A stretch of DNA of 64,000 nt from an uncultured Clostridia bacterium (GCA_947627875.1 CANQXS010000008.1:18680-82679), one strand, 5' to 3'. Positions 9,352-17,985 are shown, counted from the stretch's first letter. Notes: generated from the letters alone by a model not told the origin. Translations and numbers: made by a program.

Positions 9352-10616
9352 TATTCAAAACATTTGCGTATTATTTTAATTACGACGTCCTGTTCCTCTT
9401 CGGTCATCTTATTGTCGCTCGGCAGGCACAAGCCCCTCTGAAAGATATCCGCCCCCACGTCTGTAGCCTTCTCCCCCGCAATATAAGCGTTGCTGTTCGC
9501 CCTGCCGTTGCCGTCTTTCGTGATGAACGCGTTCATTCGGTAAATCGGCTGTAGGTGCATCGGCTTCCAGATCGGCCTGCCCTCGGCGTTATAGCTCGCA
9601 AGGGTTTCAAGTATCTCGGTCGGGCAGCTCTTACCGTGCTCTTTGATGAATGTCGTCTCGCTGTCTCCCCTGACCTGTTTACACATTGCCTCGGGGTCGA
9701 TTATCAGGCAGCTCAGCCAGAAGTTGGGCTCGCTGTCAGGACTGTAAGGGTTCATCGTTATTGGGAGGTCTTTCAAGCCCTCTTTGTATCTCTCATAAAT
9801 CGCCTTTTTCTGCGCGATGTGTTCCTCGAGGTGAGGTATCTGCCCGCGCACAACTCCGGCAATGACATTTGACATTCGGTAGTTGTAGCCAATCTCCTCA
9901 TGCTGGTACCAAGGAGCATTCTCGCGGCTCTGGGTAGACCATTTGCGCACTTTCTCGGCGTCCGCCTTGCTGTCAGTCAGGAACATTCCTCCGCTTGAGC
10001 CCGTGATGATCTTGTTTCCGTTGAAGCTTATAGCGTTGTAGTCTCCGAAAGTGCCCGTCTGCTGACCCTTATAGGTCGCGCCGAGCGACTCCGCGGCGTC
10101 CTCAATAATCAAAGCGTTGTGGGCTTTGCAGATTCTCTTTATTTCGTCCATCTTAGCGGGTGTGCCGTAGAGATGTGCGACGACTACAAGTCTCACATCG
10201 GGATAAATCTCAAACGCCTTTTCAAGAGCTTTGGGATCCATATTCCAAGTGTCATATTCGGTGTCGATGAACACCGCCTCGCCGTTTTCGTAGGCGATCG
10301 GGTTGACGGTCGCGTCGAAGGTCATGTCGGTGCAAAAGACCTTGTGACCTTGAAGCGTTCCTTCATTAGTTTTCGGCATACCGTATAGCTTTTCGCCCGC
10401 AAGTTTTGTGCAGAGGTGAAGCGCCGCCGTACCCGCGGAAAGCGCCACGGCATACTTGCAGCCGACCTTCTCGGCTATCTGCCGCTCGACCTCGTTGATG
10501 TTCTCTCCGACGGTGGACATCCAGTTAGTCTCATACGCCTTTTTGATGTATTCCAATTCCTCGCCGTGCATGGTCGGGCTCGAAAGCCAGACCTTCTTTT
10601 CAAACGGTTTAATCAA
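9351..10616 (-). CDS. DegT/DnrJ/EryC1/StrS-family (PglE-like) sugar aminotransferase
   Basis: 421-aa ORF. It has the typical N-terminal PTMHGEELEYIKKAYETNW, FNGNKIITGSSGG with the PLP lysine context, and YNYRMSN. Confidence 0.88.
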   Translation of the reverse strand: MIKPFEKKVWLSSPTMHGEELEYIKKAYETNWMSTVGENINEVERQIAEKVGCKYAVALSAGTAALHLCTKLAGEKLYGMPKTNEGTLQGHKVFCTDMTFDATVNPIAYENGEAVFIDTEYDTWNMDPKALEKAFEIYPDVRLVVVAHLYGTPAKMDEIKRICKAHNALIIEDAAESLGATYKGQQTGTFGDYNAISFNGNKIITGSSGGMFLTDSKADAEKVRKWSTQSRENAPWYQHEEIGYNYRMSNVIAGVVRGQIPHLEEHIAQKKAIYERYKEGLKDLPITMNPYSPDSEPNFWLSCLIIDPEAMCKQVRGDSETTFIKEHGKSCPTEILETLASYNAEGRPIWKPMHLQPIYRMNAFITKDGNGRANSNAYIAGEKATDVGADIFQRGLCLPSDNKMTEEEQDVVIKIIRKCFE

Positions 10617-10631
10617 TCCTGTTACCTTCTT

Positions 10632-12641
10632 TTACGCTATCGTCTGCAATTTCTTGCTTTTATCATTCGTGGGGTGAAACGTCGTAACTACGCTCTTTGT
10701 GAGCTCGTAGACCTCCGCCTCGTCCTCGTTATATGCCGCTTCCATAAGCTTTTTGAGCTCCTTGAAGAAGCCTTCATACTCAAACGGAATAGGTTGTCCG
10801 ATGTGTATCTTCTTGTTTTCGGTGGTCTTGAGACCTTCCTCCGCCATTAACTTTTCCTCATACAGCTTTTCGCCCGGTCGAAGTCCGATGTATTCAATCT
10901 TTATATCAACATCAGGGACTTTGCCGGAGAGCCTTATGAGGTTTCTTGCCAGAGTATCTATTTTTACGGGCTCGCCCATGTCGAGAACATAAATCTCTGA
11001 ACCCTTGCCCATCACGCTCGCCTGAAGCACGAGGCTTACCGCTTCGGGTATCAGCATAAAGTAACGAATTATGTCCGGGTGGGTGACCTTTACCGGTCCG
11101 CCCTGAGCTATCTGCTGCTTAAACAACGGAATGACTGAGCCGTTGGAGCCTAAGACGTTTCCAAACCGAACTGCGCAAAATCTTGTGTGCGAAACTATCT
11201 TTTCGTCGCTGTACGGAATATCCCACTCGCCGTCGGATTGATGAGCGTGGAGCCGCGGAATGTCGTTCTCGCGATGATTCTTCACCATATAGTCGAAAGT
11301 CTGAATAATCATCTCGCAAAGCCGCTTCGATGCGCCCATTATATTGGTCGGATTGACGGCTTTGTCGGTTGAAATCAGGACAAACCTCTCGCAGCCGTTG
11401 CGCATAGCGGCGTAGGCTGTTTTGTATGTCCCGATTGCGTTGTTTTTGATGGCTTCGCAGGGGCTGACCTCCATCAACGGGACGTGTTTATGTGCAGCGG
11501 CGTGGTAGACGATTTGCGGCTTGTATGTCGAGAAAACTTCCTGCAAACGCCCGCTGTCGCGGACAGAGCCTATAAGCACAACAAGATTTAAGTTCGGAAA
11601 TTTGCTTATAAGCTCCTGCTGAATCGCGTATGCGTTGTTTTCGTAGACATCAAAAATTATGAGCTGTTTCGGGCTGTGGCTTGCAATTTGTCGGCAAAGT
11701 TCGCTTCCGATTGAGCCTCCCCCGCCGGTGACCATAACCGTCTTGCCGGTGAGCATTTTGTAGACGGGCTCGAGGTCAAGTTTTATTATTTCTCTGCCGA
11801 GCAAGTCTTCTATAGCTACATCTTTAAGGTCGGTCACATTGACCTCGCCGTTCGCTATCTGGTAGATGCCGGGGAGTGATTTAAGCTCGCAGCCGGTCTC
11901 GTGGCAGATGTTCAGAATCTCCTTTTTCTCGTCCGCGGGGGCGGAGGGAATTGCAAAGAAAATTTTCTTAACTTTATATTTTTCGACGGCGGAAAGAATC
12001 GTGTCCCGCCCGCCGACGACCGGCACGCCTTCGATGTATCTTCCCCACTTGTTGCGGTTATCATCAATTATGCAAACTACATTTCCGTCGGAACGGTCGC
12101 TCCTGATTAAATCCTGAATAATCATGCGACCGGCGTTTCCCGCGCCGATTATCATTATATTTGCATCACTTTTCGCTTTCGCGCTTTCAAGCATTGAGCG
12201 TTGGAAGAGGATAAAACGGTATGAAAAACGAACCGTCAGGACGAGGATAAATTGAATAACCGGGCCAATTAAATAGTAGCTGATGGGCATACGACCGTAA
12301 AGCAAGCTGATTAAGATTCCGTGGAAAATTGCGGTAATCGCGGTTGATGTAGTAACGCGCAAAAGCTCGGTATAGCTTGCAAAACGCCAGATGCTTTTGT
12401 ACATTCTGAGAAGCCAGAAGATAATTAAGCTGAATATTGTATAGATGGGCGCGAACTTCAGAAATGAAAAGAAATATTCCTGCGGAATGGCGGTGTAGCG
12501 GCAGTCAAACCTCAGCCAAAGGGCGAGGAAATACGACAGGTTTATAGCTATGGCGTCATAAATCATCAAATACACCGTCACGACCTGCCAGTGCTCGAAG
12601 CCCTTTTTCATCTTTTCTCTCATTTTCCTCACCTCTGCCAT
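10632..12641 (-). CDS. CapD/PglF-type membrane-anchored UDP-sugar 4,6-dehydratase
   Basis: 669-aa ORF. N-terminal transmembrane segments are followed by two Rossmann regions (IIGAGNAG, VTGGGGSIGSEL) and FVLISTDKAVNPTNIMGASKR. Confidence 0.88.
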   Translation of the reverse strand: MAEVRKMREKMKKGFEHWQVVTVYLMIYDAIAINLSYFLALWLRFDCRYTAIPQEYFFSFLKFAPIYTIFSLIIFWLLRMYKSIWRFASYTELLRVTTSTAITAIFHGILISLLYGRMPISYYLIGPVIQFILVLTVRFSYRFILFQRSMLESAKAKSDANIMIIGAGNAGRMIIQDLIRSDRSDGNVVCIIDDNRNKWGRYIEGVPVVGGRDTILSAVEKYKVKKIFFAIPSAPADEKKEILNICHETGCELKSLPGIYQIANGEVNVTDLKDVAIEDLLGREIIKLDLEPVYKMLTGKTVMVTGGGGSIGSELCRQIASHSPKQLIIFDVYENNAYAIQQELISKFPNLNLVVLIGSVRDSGRLQEVFSTYKPQIVYHAAAHKHVPLMEVSPCEAIKNNAIGTYKTAYAAMRNGCERFVLISTDKAVNPTNIMGASKRLCEMIIQTFDYMVKNHRENDIPRLHAHQSDGEWDIPYSDEKIVSHTRFCAVRFGNVLGSNGSVIPLFKQQIAQGGPVKVTHPDIIRYFMLIPEAVSLVLQASVMGKGSEIYVLDMGEPVKIDTLARNLIRLSGKVPDVDIKIEYIGLRPGEKLYEEKLMAEEGLKTTENKKIHIGQPIPFEYEGFFKELKKLMEAAYNEDEAEVYELTKSVVTTFHPTNDKSKKLQTIA

Positions 12642-12798
12642 TGCAGGTTTTATACAGCCGCATGATTTCCGTTCATGCCGAAAAAATTCAACTTACCAGA
12701 CCCGAATGCCGCACTAATGGAAATCATCAAGAATTAAAGTATCGGTATTGAGGGCGCTTCGTAGGCTATTCGGCTATGCTCAAATAGCTTTTCTCTCG

Positions 12799-15318
12799 TT
12801 AAAGCGCTCCGACTGCGCGAAGTTTCCGCTTTCGATCGTCGCTCATTCTGCCGGATTTCGCCGACTGCTTCTGATTCGTCAGCCAGACATACAGGTTCTG
12901 CCCGCTTGAATCGGTATAGTTGGTCGGTATGTGGCTGTTCCCGTGAGTGTCGTAGTAGTGTTTCAGCTCGGCATACCGTTGCTGCCACCTGATGTCGCGC
13001 GGTTCCTCGGCGGTCAAACCAATGGAGGCAAGTTTAGCCTTTTGAACCTCGGTCAAAGTCTTGCCCTCACGCTTGCCTTGCAGAATCAACTTCTGCTCGT
13101 TCAGCCACTTGTTCAGCCAAACGCCGTCTGCAACATAGCTCGGCGGGACGTTGAGATTGCCGTACTCTTTATAATAGGTACTCGCCTTCTCAAAGCACTC
13201 GTTCCAATCGTTCTTGCGTGATTTATTCCAAACAATTTTGATGTCTTCAAGTTGCTTTATCTGCGAATCCGTCAGCGTTCCTTTTGCATACTTTTCGCGG
13301 CATTTACTGAGCCAAACGCCCAGCTTATAGCCATCGTCGCAAACATAGCTGAGCGGTGCATCGGCTGAACCGTGCTTATCCGCATACGCTTTCGCATGCT
13401 CAAACCCGTTCTCCCAAGCGATGTCGTTTTTTGACTGCCACCGCATACCGAGAGCGTTCAACTGCTCGATCTGCTCATCGGTCAAACTCCCGCGAATCTG
13501 CTCATAATGGCGGTACTTTTTCCGCAGATCGTGAAGCCAGTTATCCAACTTCACGCCGTCCTGAATCCAGCCTTTCGGCACTTCGAGGTCGCCGTGCTCA
13601 TCAAAATACGCCTTTGCAGCGCGGTAGTTGCGCTCCCAGAGGTTGTCAATGCAGTCCCAAATCATGCCCAAATCGTCGAGCATTTTCTCCCGCTCGGGCG
13701 TGAAATAGTTGCTTTTAATGCCGGTTTTGCGGTATCTGCGCACGCTCATAATCCACTTGCCGAGGTTCAAGCCGTCGTCGGTGACGTAATCGCCCGGCAC
13801 ATTCAGGTCGCCGTGCTCGTCGTGATACTTAACGCACGCGGCGTAGTGCCTCTTCCATGAAACATCATTGACACTCTCCCAGCGCATGCCGAGCTTGTCA
13901 AGCTTCGCGATTCGGCTCTCGTCGAGTATGCCGATTGCCTTGCCCGCGCGGATTTGCCGCTGATATTGCAGCCAATGCCCGAGCGAGTAGCCCTCGGGTG
14001 TTTTGTATCCGACAGGCGCGAAGAGATTGCCAAATTGCGCGTGATAAGCCTTCGCGCAGGCGTACATCGTATCCCAAGAATTGGTGAGAGCTTCTTCAAG
14101 CTCATTAAAGATTCTGCGGCAGTCGCGCACCTCGTCGATGACCTGAAACCGCTCTGCAACGACCTTTTCGCCGTCGCCGAAGAAGTTGTAATAGGTGATT
14201 GCGGCGCGCATTTCCTCCTCGATTGAGCCGATGCTGTATAGATTTTCAAAGTTATTAACTATGTCAAAAATCACCGGGGTGTGAGATTTTCCCGAGGACA
14301 GCGCCCTGCCAATCTGCTGTTTATAGATAATGGGTGAAACCGTCGGGCGGAAGAGAATCACGCCGTCAATGTCGTCAACATGAATGCCCTCGTTGAGCGC
14401 GTCGATGCAGAACAAAAGGCGCAGATGGTCGCTCTTGTCCGCCTTGAATTCGTCAAATGACTTAAGCGTTTCGCGCTCTAAGGTGTAGAGGCTGTAGACG
14501 TGCGGGGCGGGGTCGACCTTGCCGAACCATTCCGAAACATGCTCCATGCTCTCGCGCATAGCGTCGATGTTTGCGGTGAAAACGAGATATTTGCCGTGGC
14601 GGTTCGCCATGTGTTTGTCAAAAATAATGTCCAGACCGTCGGCTTTTTCGAGCGCGCGGCGGAGGGCTTCGTAGTATCTCTCGGCAGCGTCACGCACTGC
14701 TCGACTGCGCTGTCTTGCGATTCTGCGCTGCAAACGGTCGAGCTCGTTTTGATAGACGAACGCCGCCATGACATACTTCGGGGCCGGCAGGATTCCCCTG
14801 ACGATCGCTTCGCCGAGGGTCATTTCGCTCGCGATATTGCCGTCGAAAAGTTCCGCCGCCATATCTCGCTGGTTGTCGAGATACCTTATATTAGTTGCCG
14901 AGAGACCGAGCATAGGGACGTTGGGGTATTTGGCAAGCAACTTCAGGACTGCTTCGTTCCAAGTTTCTGCCCCTGCGCGGTGATACTCATCGCAGATAAG
15001 ATAGTCGGGCTGCAAATCCGAAAGCTCGTCGTCGGTCACAAGCGTGAGCTTCTTGTAGGTCATAAAGGTGATGTTCCGGGGAACGTCAGCGCCTGTTTTC
15101 GCGAGGTTTTCAAGCTGCGTTTTGAAGATGTATTCCGACGGAGAAAGCCATAAAACAGTCTTTTCCGGATTATCCTCGCAGAGCTTGAAGCCGATGAAGC
15201 TTTTGCCGGTTCCTGTGGGGTGGATAATGGCGGCTTTGCCTGTCGATGCGAGCATAGCAACGGCGGCGCTATACGCCTGCTGGTTGTGCTCAAAGAGCTC
15301 GATTGCCATACCCGTCAC
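12799..15318 (-). CDS. SF2 (ResIII/DEAD-like) helicase with six C-terminal helicase-associated (HA) domain repeats
   Basis: 839-aa ORF. It has Walker A HPTGTGKS, DEYH box and QQIGRALS. From about residue 414 there are six repeats of about 66-70 aa of the form W..Y..AK.Y...HG.L.VP....DG..LG.WL...R. GGAGGTGA RBS upstream. Confidence 0.85.
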   Translation of the reverse strand: MTGMAIELFEHNQQAYSAAVAMLASTGKAAIIHPTGTGKSFIGFKLCEDNPEKTVLWLSPSEYIFKTQLENLAKTGADVPRNITFMTYKKLTLVTDDELSDLQPDYLICDEYHRAGAETWNEAVLKLLAKYPNVPMLGLSATNIRYLDNQRDMAAELFDGNIASEMTLGEAIVRGILPAPKYVMAAFVYQNELDRLQRRIARQRSRAVRDAAERYYEALRRALEKADGLDIIFDKHMANRHGKYLVFTANIDAMRESMEHVSEWFGKVDPAPHVYSLYTLERETLKSFDEFKADKSDHLRLLFCIDALNEGIHVDDIDGVILFRPTVSPIIYKQQIGRALSSGKSHTPVIFDIVNNFENLYSIGSIEEEMRAAITYYNFFGDGEKVVAERFQVIDEVRDCRRIFNELEEALTNSWDTMYACAKAYHAQFGNLFAPVGYKTPEGYSLGHWLQYQRQIRAGKAIGILDESRIAKLDKLGMRWESVNDVSWKRHYAACVKYHDEHGDLNVPGDYVTDDGLNLGKWIMSVRRYRKTGIKSNYFTPEREKMLDDLGMIWDCIDNLWERNYRAAKAYFDEHGDLEVPKGWIQDGVKLDNWLHDLRKKYRHYEQIRGSLTDEQIEQLNALGMRWQSKNDIAWENGFEHAKAYADKHGSADAPLSYVCDDGYKLGVWLSKCREKYAKGTLTDSQIKQLEDIKIVWNKSRKNDWNECFEKASTYYKEYGNLNVPPSYVADGVWLNKWLNEQKLILQGKREGKTLTEVQKAKLASIGLTAEEPRDIRWQQRYAELKHYYDTHGNSHIPTNYTDSSGQNLYVWLTNQKQSAKSGRMSDDRKRKLRAVGAL

Positions 15319-15422
15319 CTCCGTACAACAACAGCGCCCCCACGATCATGAGAGCGTGCCAAAAAACGGCTGTTTTAAAGCCTTTTTGCCTATCCTTTTA
15401 CTCTCATTCCATCGATTTTCGC

Positions 15423-15452
15423 TTTTCGCAAAGTTAGTACATTTGCGAAAGG
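15423..15452. repeat. Left copy of an inverted lox/dif-like site (TTTTCGCAAA GTTAGTACA TTTGCGAAAGG)
   Basis: Read directly. Palindromic arms flank a 9-nt asymmetric spacer. The partner site is at 15779-15808 with the spacer reverse-complemented. Confidence 0.8.
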
Positions 15453-15468
15453 GTCAAATCTTGAGAGA

Positions 15469-15497
15469 ATTATAACACATCACCAAAGAAAAAGCAA
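15469..15497 (-). promoter_or_regulatory. Sigma-A-type promoter (TTGCTT-17 nt-TATAAT with TGn extension) inside the bracketed segment, pointing toward the helicase and glycan genes
   Basis: The minus strand reads TTGCTT TTTCTTTGGTGATGTGT TATAAT. The -10 lies 17 nt inside the left repeat. Confidence 0.5.
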
Positions 15498-15778
15498 TAG
15501 CTTTGTTGAAATTTCTAAAAATTCAGCAAAAATATACGAACGAAATGCCAAAAAATAATCAAATATAGCCCAAAATGAGCGCTTTTTTGACTTCTCCGCA
15601 GTCAGATTTTTAGTCAATTTTGATCCGTGTAGATCCGCAGAAATAAACATTTTTGAGCAGTGTTTTTAAAATTTATTCGCATTTTCTCCGCAGTCAAAAA
15701 GTGTGTCAAAGCCGTCTTTGAGATACAAAAGTATCAAAAAGGCGGCTTTTTTGCGCTTTTTTGTACACTTGCTCCAAC

Positions 15779-15808
15779 TTTTCGCAAATGTACTAACTTT
15801 GCGAAAGG
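15779..15808. repeat. Right copy of the inverted lox/dif-like site (TTTTCGCAAA TGTACTAAC TTTGCGAAAGG)
   Basis: Exact reverse complement of the core of the 15423-15452 site. Confidence 0.8.
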
Positions 15809-15889
15809 ATCTTTTTATTAAAAGCGCCTCCTGCCAAGCCTGACAGAAAGCGCTTATATACTATTTAAATAGGTCGAGTTTGGAACAAA

Positions 15890-16981
15890 TTACTCCGCAA
15901 AAAGCTCCCCTATCTCCTTCATTCTCGCTTCCTGCTTCACATGGAACGGGCAGCGGCTCTCGCAGTGTCCGCACTGCAAACACGCGTCGGCGCGGACTGG
16001 CAGCTTCAGGTAGTGCTCCTTCGCCATTTCGTCGCCGGCGAGGGCGAGGTCGTAATACTTGTTAATCAGCCCGACATCGAGCCCCGCTGGGCAGGGCTGG
16101 CAGTGATTGCAGTAGACGCAGATCCCGTCGGCGTCCTGCGGCGTGAACTCGCCGATTACTGAGTAATCCCGCTCCTCAGGCGAGGCGTTCACATACCTAA
16201 GAACCGTTTTTAGGTCGTCCATATTACGCACGCCGGGCAGCACCGTCAGGACGGCTGGGCGGTCGAGGGCGTACTGTATGCACTGGGTATGGGTGAGCGC
16301 GCGCCTGAACATCGACCGCTTTGCGTCCAAAAGCTGACCTCCCGCAAACGGCTTCATCACCGAAATGCCCACGCCCATTTTCTCGCAGTCGCGGTAGAGC
16401 ACGGCACGCTCGCCGACGCCGCCGATGGCATACTCGCCGTTCTGGTAGTCGTAGGACGGGTTGACGCTGAACATGAAGATGTCCACAAGCCCCGTTTCGA
16501 GGACTTTTCGGGCGATTGCGGGGTTGTGCGAGGAAAAGCCGAGGTGGCGTATCACGCCGTCCGCCTTGAGGGATTTCATATACTCCCACAAGCCGCCGGT
16601 CATCACGTCGCCGAGGTCGTCCTCGTCATCTACGCAGTGGATAAAGCCGACGTCGGTGTAGTCGGTTTTAAGCAGGTCAAAATTCCGCGCGATTTGCCGC
16701 TTGATTTCGCCGATGTCGCGCGTCCAGCCGTATTTGCCGCCCGTGTAGACCGCGCCGAAGTGCATTTGGGTGATCACTTTATCGCGCCGACCCGAAAACG
16801 CCTCAGCATAGGCATACCACGGCGCCTCCACCGACGGTGCGAGGTCAAAGTAGTTGATTCCGTTTTCGATTGCAGCGTCGATGACCGCGGTCATCTGCTT
16901 TTTAGTGCCCGAGAGGCTTCCCGCTCCGAGCCCGATCACGCTGATTCTTTCGCCGCCATGCGGCAGTGTGCGATATTCCAT
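15890..16981 (-). CDS. Aldo/keto reductase fused to a C-terminal 4Fe-4S dicluster domain
   Basis: 363-aa ORF. The N-terminal AKR pattern is MEYRTLPHGGERISVIGLGAG...FDLAPSV. The C-terminal part carries CVYCNHCQPCP and CLQCGHCESRCP. Confidence 0.85.
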   Translation of the reverse strand: MEYRTLPHGGERISVIGLGAGSLSGTKKQMTAVIDAAIENGINYFDLAPSVEAPWYAYAEAFSGRRDKVITQMHFGAVYTGGKYGWTRDIGEIKRQIARNFDLLKTDYTDVGFIHCVDDEDDLGDVMTGGLWEYMKSLKADGVIRHLGFSSHNPAIARKVLETGLVDIFMFSVNPSYDYQNGEYAIGGVGERAVLYRDCEKMGVGISVMKPFAGGQLLDAKRSMFRRALTHTQCIQYALDRPAVLTVLPGVRNMDDLKTVLRYVNASPEERDYSVIGEFTPQDADGICVYCNHCQPCPAGLDVGLINKYYDLALAGDEMAKEHYLKLPVRADACLQCGHCESRCPFHVKQEARMKEIGELFAE

Positions 16982-16984
16982 AGT

Positions 16985-17521
16985 TCACTCCCCCATCGAA
17001 ATTGTAATCGTTACGTCCCCGCCGCTCAGAAGCTCCGACATCTCCTCGGCGGTCTTGTCGGTGACATGCCCGAGGCGGGTGTACGCCCACGAGTTGGAGC
17101 CGTAGAACACGACGATCTGGTTGCCCGAATATAGCACGATGTCGCCCGCCTCGGTTGTGGTCTGCTTGTCGTTTCGAGGCAGGCTTTCGCCGAGCGAGCC
17201 TACCTGCTCGAACCCGCCGTACATCGACATCTCTATGACGAGCGGCTCGGTTTCGGCGAGCTTCGCGAGTGCCTCGACCGATTCATTGTCCTCCCATTCG
17301 ACCTCAACCGCCGTGTCGCCTATCGACATTTTCAGTAATTTTTCCTGCATCGGTTCGTCCTCCTCTTTGAGATTTGTTGTGTCAGTATTTTCCATATCGG
17401 TGCTGCTTTGGGTGATTTCTTCCTGAAAAGTCTGTGCGGAGTTTGACATATTCTCATCACCGCAGGCAGTCAGAAAGAGAGCAAAAGCAGTCGTCAAAAG
17501 TAAAATAATGGATTTTTTCAT
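16985..17521 (-). CDS. Lipoprotein with cyclophilin-like domain
   Basis: 178-aa ORF with a signal peptide and lipobox (LFLTAC). The C-terminal half (AGDIVLYSGNQIVVFYGSNSWAYTRLG) resembles the cyclophilin-like family. It lies 3 nt from the AKR gene. Confidence 0.6.
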   Translation of the reverse strand: MKKSIILLLTTAFALFLTACGDENMSNSAQTFQEEITQSSTDMENTDTTNLKEEDEPMQEKLLKMSIGDTAVEVEWEDNESVEALAKLAETEPLVIEMSMYGGFEQVGSLGESLPRNDKQTTTEAGDIVLYSGNQIVVFYGSNSWAYTRLGHVTDKTAEEMSELLSGGDVTITISMGE

Positions 17522-17592
17522 AGCTCACCTCGGGCTGAATTCTGATACAATTATAACGCTTTTTGACGGTGAAGTCAAACATTTTCGCACAA

Positions 17593-17637
17593 CTTCACAA
17601 AACAAATCTCCCCGACAGAGGCCTTGCTCTGCCGGGG
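17593..17637 (-). terminator. Possible intrinsic terminator for a minus-strand transcript coming from the right
   Basis: Stem CCCCGaCAGAG/CTCTGcCGGGG (17610-17637), followed on the minus strand by AGATTTGTTTTGTG. Confidence 0.35.
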
Positions 17638-17644
17638 TTGCTTT

Positions 17645-17766
17645 GATGTGGCCGAAACGGCCACATCAGAAAGCAGAAATTAGATGTCAGAAGTCAGAAT
17701 TTCAAGGTGTCGCCTGCGGCGACGCATCTAAATATTTCTGATAATGCGTGCGGAATGGACACTCCC
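17645..17766 (+). mobile_element. Diverged MITE copy A
   Basis: The ends GATGTGGCCGAAACGGCCACAT and ...GGAATGGACACTCCC resemble copies B and C. The flanking 9-mers GGTTGCTTT and GATTGCTTC match at 7 of 9 positions. The interior differs from B and C. Confidence 0.45.
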
Positions 17767-17781
17767 GATTGCTTCACTTTG

Positions 17782-17810
17782 TTGACATGCTGCCCGCTCG
17801 GTAGTATAAT
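17782..17810 (+). promoter_or_regulatory. Perfect-consensus sigma-A promoter (TTGACA-17 nt-TATAAT) firing into the island
   Basis: Read directly: TTGACA TGCTGCCCGCTCGGTAG TATAAT. Confidence 0.6.
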
Positions 17811-17814
17811 AATC

Positions 17815-17985
17815 TCAATCACTTGCTGCGGCTGTCCTGCCGCGCTTCACCTTTCGCTCTCTCGCCTCGCGTATCGCCCGCTCGGCTTTGGGCTTGTTCG
17901 CTTCGATCAGCTCTTTCAGTATGTACTCCGCGGCGACCCCCGGTGGGTTCGGGTCGTGGAACCTGAAATTCAATTTTTTCTTCAC
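17815..17985 (-). CDS. Small basic protein (56 aa), paralog of the ORF that precedes the large serine recombinase
   Basis: GTG start 8 nt after GGAGG. VKKKLNFRFHDPNPPGVAAEYILKELIEANKPKAERAIREA... aligns with 26955-27125 (VKKKLNFRFHDPNPTGVAAEHILKELVAANMPKAERAVREA...). The ORF track lists a different frame here. Confidence 0.6.
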   Translation of the reverse strand: MKKKLNFRFHDPNPPGVAAEYILKELIEANKPKAERAIREARERKVKRGRTAAASD

